NCBI GenBank assembly: GCA_024346625.1
Contig: AP024665.1
Location: 1,426,001 to 1,490,000, forward strand
DNA: 64,000 bases
Direction: 5' to 3'
Source: Williopsis jadinii
Lineage: Eukaryota
Shown: piece by piece, positions 10,791 through 21,660 of the stretch
Layout: each line of letters starts with the position of its first letter
How positions within the stretch are numbered: the stretch's first letter is position 1
Made by a program: the position numbers and the translations under genes
Notes under the pieces: model-generated
Database searches by the model: none
Seen by the model: the letters and a program-made list of their open reading frames with translations, nothing else
Told to the model about the DNA's origin: nothing

Positions 10791-11332
10791 GCGCGCGTGC
10801 GGTCCCGCCCAGCTTTGAAAATCAACCACAGAAGGGGAGAAAGTAGCGCGTTTCGCTCTTTTCCCCGTTGCGGGCCGTCTGTGTCTGCCCGTGTTCTGCC
10901 CGCCATTTCAAGCTACGCCTAAAGTGTGGTGGAACGTTAGCTGGGGGAATAGGCAGTCAGAGTATAGAACAAGTAGTTTAGCACGGGGGGGGGGGGCTGC
11001 TTACTTGGACTCACTGCTTGAGGCTGTTCGTGTGTTTGCTCTTTTTTCCCTGTGTTTGCTCGTTTTCCCTGTGTTTGTGCGTGTGGAGCCAGCTTCCTTG
11101 TATGGGAAGTATGACATCATCAGTTAGCGATGTTGATCTCACCACACGGCTTATGGCGCAAGGTTATAGGCCCTATGATATGCGATTTGTATAAGACTCG
11201 ATCTGGCTCAGAGTTGCCATCTCTACAGGCTTTGACGAGTCCGTGGGCGTTTACACTCCCTTCCCTGGCCGCAATGGCCTGCGTAGCCTACATCTTCACG
11301 CAGAGCAGTAGAAACCGTACATTAGGTATAAA

Positions 11333-12964
11333 TCAACAAGTACCTTTGAAAGTCGAATGGTGTTTCTCCTTGTGTTCCTGATGCTTCTCCATCAGGTCGA
11401 AGTCCTCGCCTCCCGAGGCAATGGCATTCAGCAGCTTGTAGATGTAGTCCTTCTTGGACTCGAGGTCATCGGTCTGCACAGACTTGATGTACATCTCATC
11501 GCTCTTGATGAGACTCTCTGTGACCTTGATGATGTCGGCGATGAGTCTGTGTATCAAGTCACCGGTGAGCTCAGTACGACACACAACACGCAGGATCTCA
11601 GTGTCTTCCTCGTTTGGAGGGAGAGGGTAGTTTGGAATGATCCAACCGTTCTTACGCAGCAGAGTTGAGATGATGGACTGTGGGATGTTTGGGTAAGTCT
11701 CCTTAAACGAGTCTGTGAACTTGAACGCAACAACTGGTAGACCAGGGTTGAAGTAGGTCAGATCGATGTCCTCTTGGTGCTTGATGTTGTCATCCACAGC
11801 TTCAGCGGAGAAGCTATAGACACCGTTCTTTCTGTGAATGTAGGACACAACTTCAAAGTACTCGGTCTTCTCGAGATAGTTCGAAAGCATACGGGCATTT
11901 CTCAAAGACGTCGAGTGGATCTTCTTGTAGCCGTCGAACCCCAAGTGGAGGAAGTTGTAGTACTGCTGAATCGACTGGTACCCTGGTCTGGAAAAGTTCA
12001 AGTTGTAACTCTCTTCTACACCACCGAGATATCTCAGCTTGAACACCAATTCATCTGGAAGCAGGTCACCATTTCTCCAGATGATCCACCCCAGACCAGC
12101 AGTTGCTAAACCAAACTTGTGGCCAGAGGTGTTAATACTGACAACTCTCTTGATTCTGAAGTCCCACTCCAATTCTGGGAATAAGAAAGGTGCAACGAAA
12201 GCACCTGATGCACCATCGACGTGGATCGGAACGTCAAACCCCTTACGCTCCTGAATATCGTCAAGCAGATCGTTAACAGCCTTGACGTCTTCAAATGCAC
12301 CTGTGTATGTGGAGCCCAGGATGACAAAGATACCAATTGTGTTCTCATCAACCAACTCTTCAATCTTGCTCAAGTCCAAGATGTACTTGGACTCCTTAGA
12401 CACTGGCACCAGCCTAGCTTCAACATCAAAGTATCTGGCAAACTTTTCAAGAGCAACCTGTGCATTGGCACCCATGATGATGTTTGGCTTATAGAAGTCT
12501 TTACCAGCTGCTTTACGCTTCTGCTGCCAAATCTTCTTCATTGCCAATCCACCAAGCATGATAGCTTCCGAGGAACCGGTTGTAGCAGTTCCAATTGGCT
12601 CCTGGCCTTTCCCGTGCCATAGCTTACCCAGGATACTGACGTTTCTCTGTGTCAAATCAATAAGCGTGGGATACTCGTCCGCATCTGCCAAGTTCTTCAC
12701 CACGTTCTCCAACGTCAAGTTCTTCAACTGGTCGGTGATGTAGGTGTTGACGAACGATGCCAGGTTCAACGTCGGGTTACCGTCCAGCACCAAATCGTTG
12801 TGAATCAATTGGTACGCAGTCTCAGGCTTCAGCCCCTGCTGAGGGATACGGTACTTGTTCTGCGAGACAAAGTCCTCGTCCCTCAGCCCGACAGATGTGT
12901 GGTAATGGGAAGCGTTATAGATTGTGTCTTCCAGCTGTTCCGGGTCGATGATTGAAGTAAGCAT
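11333..12964 (-). CDS. GAD1: Glutamate decarboxylase (PLP-dependent)
   Basis: LDGNPTLNLASFV, TTGSSEAIMLGGLA, HVDGASG, PLP-lysine motif SINTSGHKFG. Confidence 0.95.
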   Translation of the reverse strand: MLTSIIDPEQLEDTIYNASHYHTSVGLRDEDFVSQNKYRIPQQGLKPETAYQLIHNDLVLDGNPTLNLASFVNTYITDQLKNLTLENVVKNLADADEYPTLIDLTQRNVSILGKLWHGKGQEPIGTATTGSSEAIMLGGLAMKKIWQQKRKAAGKDFYKPNIIMGANAQVALEKFARYFDVEARLVPVSKESKYILDLSKIEELVDENTIGIFVILGSTYTGAFEDVKAVNDLLDDIQERKGFDVPIHVDGASGAFVAPFLFPELEWDFRIKRVVSINTSGHKFGLATAGLGWIIWRNGDLLPDELVFKLRYLGGVEESYNLNFSRPGYQSIQQYYNFLHLGFDGYKKIHSTSLRNARMLSNYLEKTEYFEVVSYIHRKNGVYSFSAEAVDDNIKHQEDIDLTYFNPGLPVVAFKFTDSFKETYPNIPQSIISTLLRKNGWIIPNYPLPPNEEDTEILRVVCRTELTGDLIHRLIADIIKVTESLIKSDEMYIKSVQTDDLESKKDYIYKLLNAIASGGEDFDLMEKHQEHKEKHHSTFKGTC

Positions 12965-14429
12965 TGTTCAAAATTAAACCACTGTAAAGTCAATAGATGA
13001 AGAAAAAAACACTGCTGCAACTTATTACACACTTGAAAACGGCCAAATCGATATCTTCCGTGCTGTTTATATACTTTCTCCCCCCTATTGCGTGTTTCCC
13101 CTTCCTCTACAACTTTATGCTAGTTGCGATGTTAACATGCTTCCACGGATGCATCATTGCGCAACTTACAGGGCAAAGTTCCTCTACAAAAGCAACCACA
13201 TGGGGATCGCCTCATGTGCCTCTCTCTCCATATATGCAATTACGGGTGTACATATGGTACAGTTCTCTGTGGGATTAAATGGACTTGTATGTCCACACTC
13301 TGCGGGTCTCTCTTGTAGTTGGTGTCTTGGTGCTTTTCGTGCGTCGTATGTGCTATATCGGGACATAATGGGAGTTTTACGAGAGATCTTCCATAATGTT
13401 CTTGGAAGTTTGGCTGTGTGTGGCGTGGAGGGCACTTTTACATTGCTCGGTGTAGGTGGTGTAGGTGGTGGTATTGTGTATCTCATGGAGTTTCACATTG
13501 TTCTCAAGCGTGTGCGTTGATGCGGTTAATATTGGCGATGGCTCTACGACTTGGTACAGAATACCTCGATATGGCGTATCCACCATCCAATTGGCGATCC
13601 AGCATCCAATTGGCCACCAAAGTTGTGGAAGTTAACGAAGCAGGCGTTGGTTAACTTGTACACGGTGTTCCAGAGAGGGGTGTAAGGCTGAAATTACGGG
13701 AAGTATCCATGGATTAACAGTTCCGAAGCCAGCGAGGGTCAATTGAGTGACGATCGTTTGCCGTGTACAGCCTCTAAGGCCATTGCGCCTGTCGTGAGAG
13801 TCAAGTTTGATTCTTTGTATAGAGGGCTTGTGCTTCTGTTCATGGAAGATGTAGCTTTATGCAAAGCCCATAGCTCACAGCTTAGAGACTCATTCGTGAT
13901 CATTGGCTCTGAAGAAGTTAGACTTGAAGCTTAGAAGCCATCTTAGTTGTGCTATGTGAGTAACACTAGCCTCAACATATTAGAACCCACTACAGTGTCT
14001 ATGGCACTTTCTGTCAATGCTGTACAGTGACACATGAGCATTGGATATTCAGACTAGCCATGTTGCTGATGAGCCTTACAACAGCCACAGTCTACACTGA
14101 TTCGACGCTGCCCTCTCTCCACAACCAGAATAGCATCTGATGCTCTCCAATTGATAATACACCCGTCAAAAGAAGTCATAACAAGAGTCCCCTTACGGAT
14201 ACACTAACAGCACAGTACATAGACACCATTGCTACAAGAAGTGGGCTCTACATGGTCAAAGACACACAAAGAAAGCACTTTACCCAGTAATACCGTTCGA
14301 TTAGAGAAAAAAGAGGAATGCCTTCTTCAGGAATCACCCGTTGCTCTTTCCAAGTGATTCAGTCCTCAAAGGAGACAGCTCCATGTTCTGCTTGTCTGTG
14401 TGCTCTGTCTTTTTCTTTTCCAAATGCAT

Positions 14430-14900
14430 TTATTCAACCTCAGCTTCAAAGTTCTCACCTTCAACCAAGTCTGGGATATCCTCATCGTCGGCACCAGCAG
14501 CCTCAGCAGCAGCAGCAGCGGCACCTGGGTTCTGTCTCATCTGTTGAGCCAACTTGGTCAAGAAGTCCAAGTTCTCAGCACCCAATTGTGGAATGATGTT
14601 TGGCAACAACTCTTGGATCTCCTTCTCTTGTGGAATACCGTAGAAACCGTAGGTGTTGTTGGCAGCAGATGCTTGGATACCAACTCTGTTGAAGTGCAAA
14701 ACCTTACCATCCTCTCTGAAGAAGTTGGCCTCTTGGACACCGTCCAAGGTTTGAACGTTCAACTTTTGAAGAGTGGCTTGCAATTTGGAGTCATCAGCAG
14801 TTGGTTTAGCACCAGACTTCTTGGCCTTTCTTCTGATACCACCGATCTTGGTGTTACCTTGCTTTTGCAACTTGGCGAGCTTCTCTTGGTCAATTGGCAT
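14430..14900 (-). CDS. EGD1: Nascent polypeptide-associated complex beta subunit (BTF3)
   Basis: True start [12 protein letters not shown] at 14900; the ORF-track extension to 15062 is 5' UTR/promoter. NAC domain [12 protein letters not shown]...EANFF...[11 protein letters not shown]-terminus [10 protein letters not shown]. Confidence 0.95.
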   Translation of the reverse strand: MPIDQEKLAKLQKQGNTKIGGIRRKAKKSGAKPTADDSKLQATLQKLNVQTLDGVQEANFFREDGKVLHFNRVGIQASAANNTYGFYGIPQEKEIQELLPNIIPQLGAENLDFLTKLAQQMRQNPGAAAAAAEAAGADDEDIPDLVEGENFEAEVE

Positions 14901-15102
14901 GCTTTTATAGATTCCGTTTATGGGAAGATGAAGGGAATTCTGTCTTGATGAACTGTTTGTTCTGCTTTTTTTTTCACTTTTTTTGCGGTGGTCGACGTCG
15001 TCGACGACGACGGCGACGCACAAATTTTTTTTCCAGTGTACTCGGCCAGGGCTCATAACCATTATTTATCTGGGTTTTTCTGTTTGTTGATTCCCATTTT
15101 TG

Positions 15103-15177
15103 GCCTTTGTGGTATAGTGGATAGTATGCAGAGGTTTGTGCTACGGCAGATGGTTCGAATCCCGGAAATCCCCTTTT
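15103..15177 (+). pseudogene. Degenerate tRNA-His-like element retaining Pol III A and B boxes
   Basis: A box TGGTATAGTGG (15110-15120) and B box GGTTCGAATCC (15152-15162) at tRNA spacing, with a GCC 5' end and TTGTG. Acceptor, anticodon and T stems do not pair; ends in T4. Confidence 0.65.
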
Positions 15178-15295
15178 AAAACTAAGATATAAACTATCGG
15201 TAGAAAATTTCACCGAGAGCACAACGACGAAACAGCTATCAACAGTCAGTTAGCGTTCTTTCAACCGCTGGAAAGGGCACAAGGAAAGACCAAGC

Positions 15296-18092
15296 ATGTC
15301 TTTGAAGAAGGCTGAGCAGATAGCTCATAAATATTCAAAGACTCTGCAACTCCCAAAGACGAGCTTCCCCAAGAGAAGCTCTCATGAAAAGGCACTGAAC
15401 GATCTCATACCGAGGTCCTCACAGTTGTTATACAAGCACCAATTCGATACGAGAAAGACCGATGACGACATCTTTATCCTTCACGACGGTCCTCCGTACG
15501 CCAACGGTGATCTCCATCTGGGCCATGCGTTGAATAAAGTGCTGAAAGACATCATCTTGAGATTCAACATGTTGAAAGGGAAGAAAGTGTACTACCAGCC
15601 AGGTTGGGACTGCCATGGGTTGCCGATTGAGCTGAAGGCGCTGGAGAAGTACAAGAAGCTACACAAGTCCGAGCCTTCTCAATTGGATATCAAACAAGTC
15701 AGGGCCATTGCGAGGGAACACGCAACGCTGACCATTGAATCTCAGATGAATAAATTCAAAGAGCTGGCGATATTGACCGATTTTGACAACGTTGGCAGAG
15801 TCTGAGCTGGAATACAACGATCAACATCGATCCACTGCAGCGTATGTTAAGTTTCCCCTCGTGGAGCCTTCAACAGAATTACAGCAAATCTTGGACTCGA
15901 ACTCGCTAAACAACGTGAAACTGTTGATCTGGACTTCTACTCCTTGGACTATTCCTTCCAATAGAGCCATATCTGCTAATGAACAGTTTGAATACACTGT
16001 CATTGCTTCCGACGTTGATCAATTGATTGTATCTTCAGACCTTGCCGAGAACTTACTCTCAATCTCAGACCAATATACACAGCTGGATGTAACGATCCCA
16101 GGCTCCGCCATTGTGGGCTCCAAGTATACAAATCCACGTACAAAGGACTCGACATTCCCAGTAATCCATGGTGATCACGTTACTAACTCTGCTGGTACCG
16201 GTCTTGTCCATACTGCTCCAGGCCATGGTAACGACGATTACTTTGTCTGCTTGGAGCATGGAATCGAGGCATACTCTCCAGTGGACCAATACGGGAGATA
16301 CACAGACGAACTGCCTTCTGGATATGAGTCGCTTACTGGGCTAAGAGTCCAAGGCGAGGGAAACAAGCAATCCCTTGAGCTCATGAAAGAAGCTGGAATG
16401 CTTTTCCACATTGACAACAGCTATATCCACTCTTATCCTTACGACTGGCGTTCCAAAAAGCCGGTCATTATCAGAGCCACTCCTCAGTGGTTTGCCAATG
16501 TTGGTGCCATCAAATCGAAGGTGCTGGATGCCCTGTCCAGTGTCAAGTTTGTTCCAGAGAAAGGGCGTAATAGATTGAGTGCCTTTGTCAGAAACAGAAA
16601 CGAATGGTGTATATCTCGTCAGAGGGCATGGGGTGTTCCTATCCCTGCGTTGTATTCCAAATCTGATGAGAATGTTGTTCTCATGGATGACGAGTCTGTT
16701 AGCCATATCATTAACAAGATTGATGAACTGGGTGTTGATGCATGGTTTGAGGAGGAACCAAACGTTGAGAGATGGCTTCCTGACTCACACAGAGGTCAGG
16801 GCGACCAGTTTTACAAGGGCAAGGATACCATGGATGTTTGGTTCGACTCTGGTACTAGTTGGAACGAGATTGCAAAGTTCTGTAAAGAGAATGGGCTGCA
16901 AAGAGATGTGCTTGCTGATGTGTACCTTGAAGGCTCAGATCAGCACCGTGGGTGGTTCCAGTCTTCCATTTTGACCAAAGTTGGAAGCTCTGATGATGCT
17001 AACCCAGCCTCCCCTTACAAGACCATTGTTACACACGGGTTTACGTTGGATGAAAAGGGTAACAAGATGTCGAAGTCCATTGGCAATGTCGTTTCCCCAG
17101 ATCAGGTCATTCTAGGTGGTGGTAAGGGTAATAACAAAATCACGGGAATTGGAGTTGACGGGCTAAGACTATGGGTCGCACAGGCAGATTACACCAGTGA
17201 TATGGCAATCGGGCCAATTGTCCTCAAGCATGCTGGTGATGCTCTCAAGAAGCTGAGATTGACATTCTCGTTCCTTCTGGGCAACCTGGAGAATGGGCTA
17301 ACATCTCAGAGTGTTGTTCCATACGCTGAGCTATCCAAGATTGACCAATACGCACTGTCTAAGTTGTACCAGATGCAGGATGAGGTGTTGTCACTCTACG
17401 ACGAGTACAACTTCAGCAGGGCTTTCAAGGTGTTTTCAAACCACCTGAATGTTGAAGCATCTGCGATCTACTTCGATGCCATTAAAGACAGACTGTATGC
17501 AGATTCGCTAGAATCTGTTGACCGTCTCAGTGCACAGACCGTCCTTGCTGAGTTTCTCAAGGTGTACGCTACAGTTCTATCTCCACTGCTGCCATTGATT
17601 ACACAAGAGGTCTGGGATTACACACCTGAATGGATCAAGCAGGGAACACCACACCCACTGTCACTTGGAGTTGTTAAGTACGATCCACAGTGGAAAAACG
17701 AACACTTGGAGAGCCAATTCGGCAAGGTGTTTGAGATCAAGGACAAGATTCTACTGTTACAGGAGCACGGCCGGAAACAGGAAAAGACCATCAAGAACTC
17801 GCTTGAGAATGCCATCTACTTAACCACTGCCGAAGGCTCAAAGATCCACTCATTACTGCTCCAATTGGCCCCTGAGCTTGCAGACGTGTTCCGTGTGTCA
17901 TCTGTCCATCTCAACGAGGAGCCTCCAGCCGGCACGGCCTACAGATACGACGGCGAAGCCGTCGTTGACGGTGACACCATCGCCATCTCCGTCGTCTCTT
18001 CAGTCCACGCCAAATGTCCTAGATGCTGGAACTACACTGCACCTTCCGAGGAGCAGCTGTGCACGAGATGTCAACACGTTATAGCTCAATGA
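15296..18092 (+). CDS. ISM1: Mitochondrial isoleucyl-tRNA synthetase, interrupted at ~15790 by a frameshifting deletion in this sequence
   Basis: ORF 15296-15805 carries LHDGPPYANGDLHLGH and GWDCHGLPIE. ORF 15783-18092 carries LAESELEY, WTSTPWT, GTGLVHTAPGHG, EGSDQHRGWF, KMSKS and the C-terminal zinc finger CPRCW. Synteny EGD1-ISM1-MRX11. Confidence 0.9.
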
Positions 18093-18293
18093 GCACCGTC
18101 TACTGTATATACACACATATGCCACTCCTGGCTAGAACACCCGACAATAGAAATGTACATAGTTCTTTGGCATATTCACCGTGGTGTGTCGTTGTAGCGA
18201 GGGAAAAATTGCTAGGCCGGAGCCTTCCGGGCTCGCCTTCCACACCACCATTGAACAGGCAAGAACACACGGAGAATCACGTTAAAAGGAACA

Positions 18294-19004
18294 ATGTTTA
18301 GGCTCATGAGACCCACTGGTTTGCTCAGAGGCACACCATCTTCATATGGCTTACTGTCATCGTCGAGGATCCTGCAACAGCGCTCTATCCACTATACAGT
18401 CGCCAGACTGTGCCCTTCGAAGGACCCGTTCAAGGAGCTGGAGACATCACCACAACGTCCAATTGAGGTCGAGCCGGTGAAGAAGGAGCACCAGAGCAGC
18501 AAGCACAGTGCCAGGGCCAATGCCATCGTGGCCAGGCTGCCCAAGAGGCTCCAGAAGTACGGAGAACGGTTGGTGAATGCCCCAGTGGCGCATCTCACTA
18601 GCTTTGTCATTCTCCATGAGTTCAGCGCAATTGTCCCCCTGTTTGGCCTGTGGTATGCCTTCCATCACTGGGGGTTCCTGCCGGCTGACATCCCATCGTG
18701 GATGCTGCTGAAGGGCTCAGAGGTTGTCGAGAAGATTGTGAGTTGCTGTGTGCCCGGCGTTGTGGCCTATCATCACGTACTAACAGAATACCCATAGCTC
18801 GGCGAAACAGTCGCTGACATGTCCATTCAGGAGCGCACACGCCTCGTGCTCGAAGGAGCCACGGCCTATGGCATCGTCAAGGCCACCTTCCCACTGAGAG
18901 TGATGTTCAGCATCTTCCTGACCCCGTGGTTTGCCAGAGTGTTTGTCGTTCCTGGCCTCAGCGGGCTCCAGAAGCTCTTTGCCCTGATTAGAGGCACGAA
19001 GTGA
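18294..19004 (+). CDS. MRX11: Mitochondrial MRX11/YPL041C-like protein; intron 18738-18797
   Basis: Basic presequence, HLTSFVILHEFSAIVPL, EGATAYGIVKATFPLRV. A GTGAGT donor, TACTAAC branch and TAG acceptor join the two track ORFs in frame. Confidence 0.85.
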
Positions 19005-19248
19005 GTGTATATAGACCATAGTATTTATTCTGGCTTGTGTCTAGCCATACGAGGCATGGGCTAAAGCCATTTATATAGCTAACAGGACCGAGCAGGCCCA
19101 ATTGGTGCTGTATTAGCGAGTAGAGCCCTTGGAGGCCATTGCCATACAAAAACCCGCACACACTCCTCGAACATCAACATCTCTTCACAACATCAACAGA
19201 TGGAGAGAATACACCAGAACACACACACAGGGGCCTGTACACACGGAG

Positions 19249-20292
19249 ATGTCGCTCGTACTACGAAGATCACTGCGTAGTGGCACACCACTGCTGGAGA
19301 AGAGGCTGGCTTCAGCGGGAAAGGACCACGTTGACCTGTTTGATGATGCTAGGAGGGTATTAAGAGAAGAAAGAGAAGCAGCAGGTAGAGACGGCGGTCC
19401 GCAGTTCAGAAACGTCTCGACACCGAAACCACACGCTGAGAGCAAGAGGAGGCCACCCACGAACGCCATATCCAAGCTTCATAGGGCCGGTAAGCAGGAG
19501 TTGAAGGATATTCTTCGAGTTGTGTCTCATGAGGCGCCCTCGTTCAGTGAGAACACTACAAAACTGAGCGAGGACGTTGAAGTCAGCGTCGAGAGGTTGA
19601 AGATGCTTCAGGAGCAGGTGGAGAGGAACCACCAAAGGGAGAAGGCGTTCCAGGTGAAGGATGATATCCACTTCCAACGGGAAGAGCTGGAGGACTTCCT
19701 CCGTGATGCACAGGACAAGAAGCTCAGAGATGAACAGCAGCACTTCCTGGAGGTCAAGAGGTTTGAGACGATCCAGAACATGAGCAGCTCCCGGACCTTG
19801 GAGAAGAGGAACTTCTTCTCTCCTGTGAATGAGCAATTGCTCGGATCCATAAGGAAAAGAAGCATTCCAAGATTTGTACAGACCGGAGGGAGCGATGACG
19901 ACTTGTTCTTCCCAACGCTACCAACGAGGGCGATGCAATTGACCGATCCATCGATAACACACGAGTTCATGGTCATATTCGAAGGCAAACGGATAGTCAC
20001 ATCTGAAAACCCCCTGGGACCTCATTACAGAGCCCCTGACCTCATGACCATATTCCAGAAATTGGGTGACAATTCCAAGGTCTGGAAACAAGTCAACAAG
20101 CTCTCCAACGACAAGTGGAAGCTGATTGGCCTTCAGAATGTTAACCACTCGAAGAACGTGCTGGTGTTTGAAAGGTTCATTGACAAGAACGAGGAAGCAC
20201 AGATCTTGAAGAGGAAACAGTTCAAGACACTGGCATACATCTTAGCAGGGTCCACAGCGATGTTGTGTGGCCTCGGCCTCTACATTGGATAA
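19249..20292 (+). CDS. Hypothetical protein, probably mitochondrial, with a C-terminal transmembrane segment
   Basis: First ATG at 19249 (MSLVLRRSLRSG, presequence-like). Coiled-coil-like middle; hydrophobic tail LAYILAGSTAMLCGLGLYIG. 347 aa. Confidence 0.7.
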   Translation: MSLVLRRSLRSGTPLLEKRLASAGKDHVDLFDDARRVLREEREAAGRDGGPQFRNVSTPKPHAESKRRPPTNAISKLHRAGKQELKDILRVVSHEAPSFSENTTKLSEDVEVSVERLKMLQEQVERNHQREKAFQVKDDIHFQREELEDFLRDAQDKKLRDEQQHFLEVKRFETIQNMSSSRTLEKRNFFSPVNEQLLGSIRKRSIPRFVQTGGSDDDLFFPTLPTRAMQLTDPSITHEFMVIFEGKRIVTSENPLGPHYRAPDLMTIFQKLGDNSKVWKQVNKLSNDKWKLIGLQNVNHSKNVLVFERFIDKNEEAQILKRKQFKTLAYILAGSTAMLCGLGLYIG

Positions 20293-20321
20293 GCGATCTG
20301 GACGTCTATTAACATAGTGGA

Positions 20322-20858
20322 TTACTCCTTCATCTCCTTGTCTTCCTTTGGTAGCTCCTTAGTATCCTTCGATAAGAAGATATACTTGAACTTGTTCAGC
20401 ATACCACCTGTCCCATTCCACGCTCTGAGAAGCTCCACTGTGAGTTTATCGCTGAGATCTGGGATCTCATACCCGGTGGTGTACTCTGACCACTCGTGCT
20501 TCTTCTTGTTCTCCAGCAGCAGCTGTCTATTCGTCGGAGGACGTCCCTTACGTCTCTCGCTCTGTAGCCTGTCAATCTCATCGTCATCTCTCGAGAGGAA
20601 CGCCTCTACAAATAGCTTCATATCCTCCAATTGGAAGGTCTCCTGGTCCGGTCTGTTTTTCACAGCATCCTGTAGGAACACGAACCTCAACCTCTCGTGC
20701 TCCTTGCGCTCAACGTGCTCCAGCTTCTTACTCTGTATCTTCTGCTCTCGCAGCGTAGCCCTGTTGAGCTGTTTGAACTTACGGCCCTTTGGGTGCATCG
20801 CACCCTTGGACTTCTGTATCGTCTTCTGCACCTTGGTGAGAGAATGCTGGATAGGCAT
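20322..20858 (-). CDS. TMA16: Translation machinery-associated protein 16
   Basis: HPKGRKFKQLNRATLRE, ERRKGRPP, GYEIPDL; PAC motif upstream. Confidence 0.9.
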   Translation of the reverse strand: MPIQHSLTKVQKTIQKSKGAMHPKGRKFKQLNRATLREQKIQSKKLEHVERKEHERLRFVFLQDAVKNRPDQETFQLEDMKLFVEAFLSRDDDEIDRLQSERRKGRPPTNRQLLLENKKKHEWSEYTTGYEIPDLSDKLTVELLRAWNGTGGMLNKFKYIFLSKDTKELPKEDKEMKE

Positions 20859-20940
20859 GCTGCTAAGTGTACGCTATAGATACCTCAACACTGTTGATGT
20901 TACAGAGATCTCAGAGGCCATTGAAGGGAAAGAGAGAAGA

Positions 20941-20949
20941 GCTCATCGC
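20941..20949 (-). promoter_or_regulatory. PAC element (GCGATGAG) upstream of TMA16
   Basis: gctcatcgc about 80 bp upstream of the TMA16 ATG. Confidence 0.6.
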
Positions 20950-21153
20950 TTCGTACAAATTTTCCCATGACGAAAAATAGCGAAAATACACCCGATTGGG
21001 TAATTACCGTAATAGGAAACATTTTTTTTTCAACGAAAATTGACGAAAAAAAAAGTTGCGTTGGCCAGCGAACGACTGAAGAAAGCGTCTTCTGCTTCTT
21101 GTTCCCTTTGTCTTTCTCTTTCAATCAAGTCGAAGTCTGTGAGGAAATAGGAA

Positions 21154-21660
21154 ATGGTTCTCAAGAAGTACACCCAGGAGGAGCTCGTTGAGTTGCGTGA
21201 GCACGCTGTTGTTCCAAGCCAGTTTGACTTTGAGGAGTTCACCAAGTCAATTGAAGAGCAACGCGCCATTCAAGAGGAGGAGCTTCAGCACCACCACCAC
21301 GAAGGCAGTGGTAGAAGACGTTCATCCCACCACCTCACAAGACCAGCCTTCAAGCCAAGAAAGCCAAAGGCACTTCCACCACAGCCGGATGCCGATGGCT
21401 GGGTCACTCTGAACAAGAAGAACTCTGTTTCTGGTGAGGAAGCCACACAGTCAAGAGACAAGTTCAGAGAGCATGTCAAGGAGCAAGGAGCTTCTCAGCA
21501 GTATGCTAGACCAAACAACAAGAACATTGGCTCCTCGAAGCCTGCGGACGCTAGGGATATCACCGATAAGCCAAAGACAACCTTCAACGCGTTTGCAGCT
21601 CTTGGTTCGGATGATGACGAAGACGATGACGATGACGAAGAGGAGGAGGATGAAGAGTAA
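21154..21660 (+). CDS. CAF20: eIF4E-binding protein p20
   Basis: N-terminal YTQEEL 4E-binding-type motif, RRRSSHH, DADGWVT, RPNNKNIGSSKPAD, FNAFAAL and an acidic tail. Confidence 0.9.
   Translation: MVLKKYTQEELVELREHAVVPSQFDFEEFTKSIEEQRAIQEEELQHHHHEGSGRRRSSHHLTRPAFKPRKPKALPPQPDADGWVTLNKKNSVSGEEATQSRDKFREHVKEQGASQQYARPNNKNIGSSKPADARDITDKPKTTFNAFAALGSDDDEDDDDDEEEEDEE

Noticed and set aside
14067..14140. Possible C/D box snoRNA (TGATGA...CTGA...CTGA)
   Set aside because: No convincing terminal stem and no rRNA-complementary guide I could identify; a snoscan run would be needed.
12997..14330. Short ORFs in the GAD1-EGD1 interval
   Set aside because: Mutually overlapping, low-complexity, no recognisable domain; more likely GAD1 promoter and EGD1 terminator.
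14991..15010. 14-bp palindrome CGTCGTCGACGACG upstream of EGD1
   Set aside because: Explained by a (GAC/GTC)n microsatellite; no further support.
15783..15805. Programmed ribosomal frameshift or intron in ISM1
   Set aside because: Conserved coding sequence is missing rather than extra; no slippery heptamer or splice signals at the junction.
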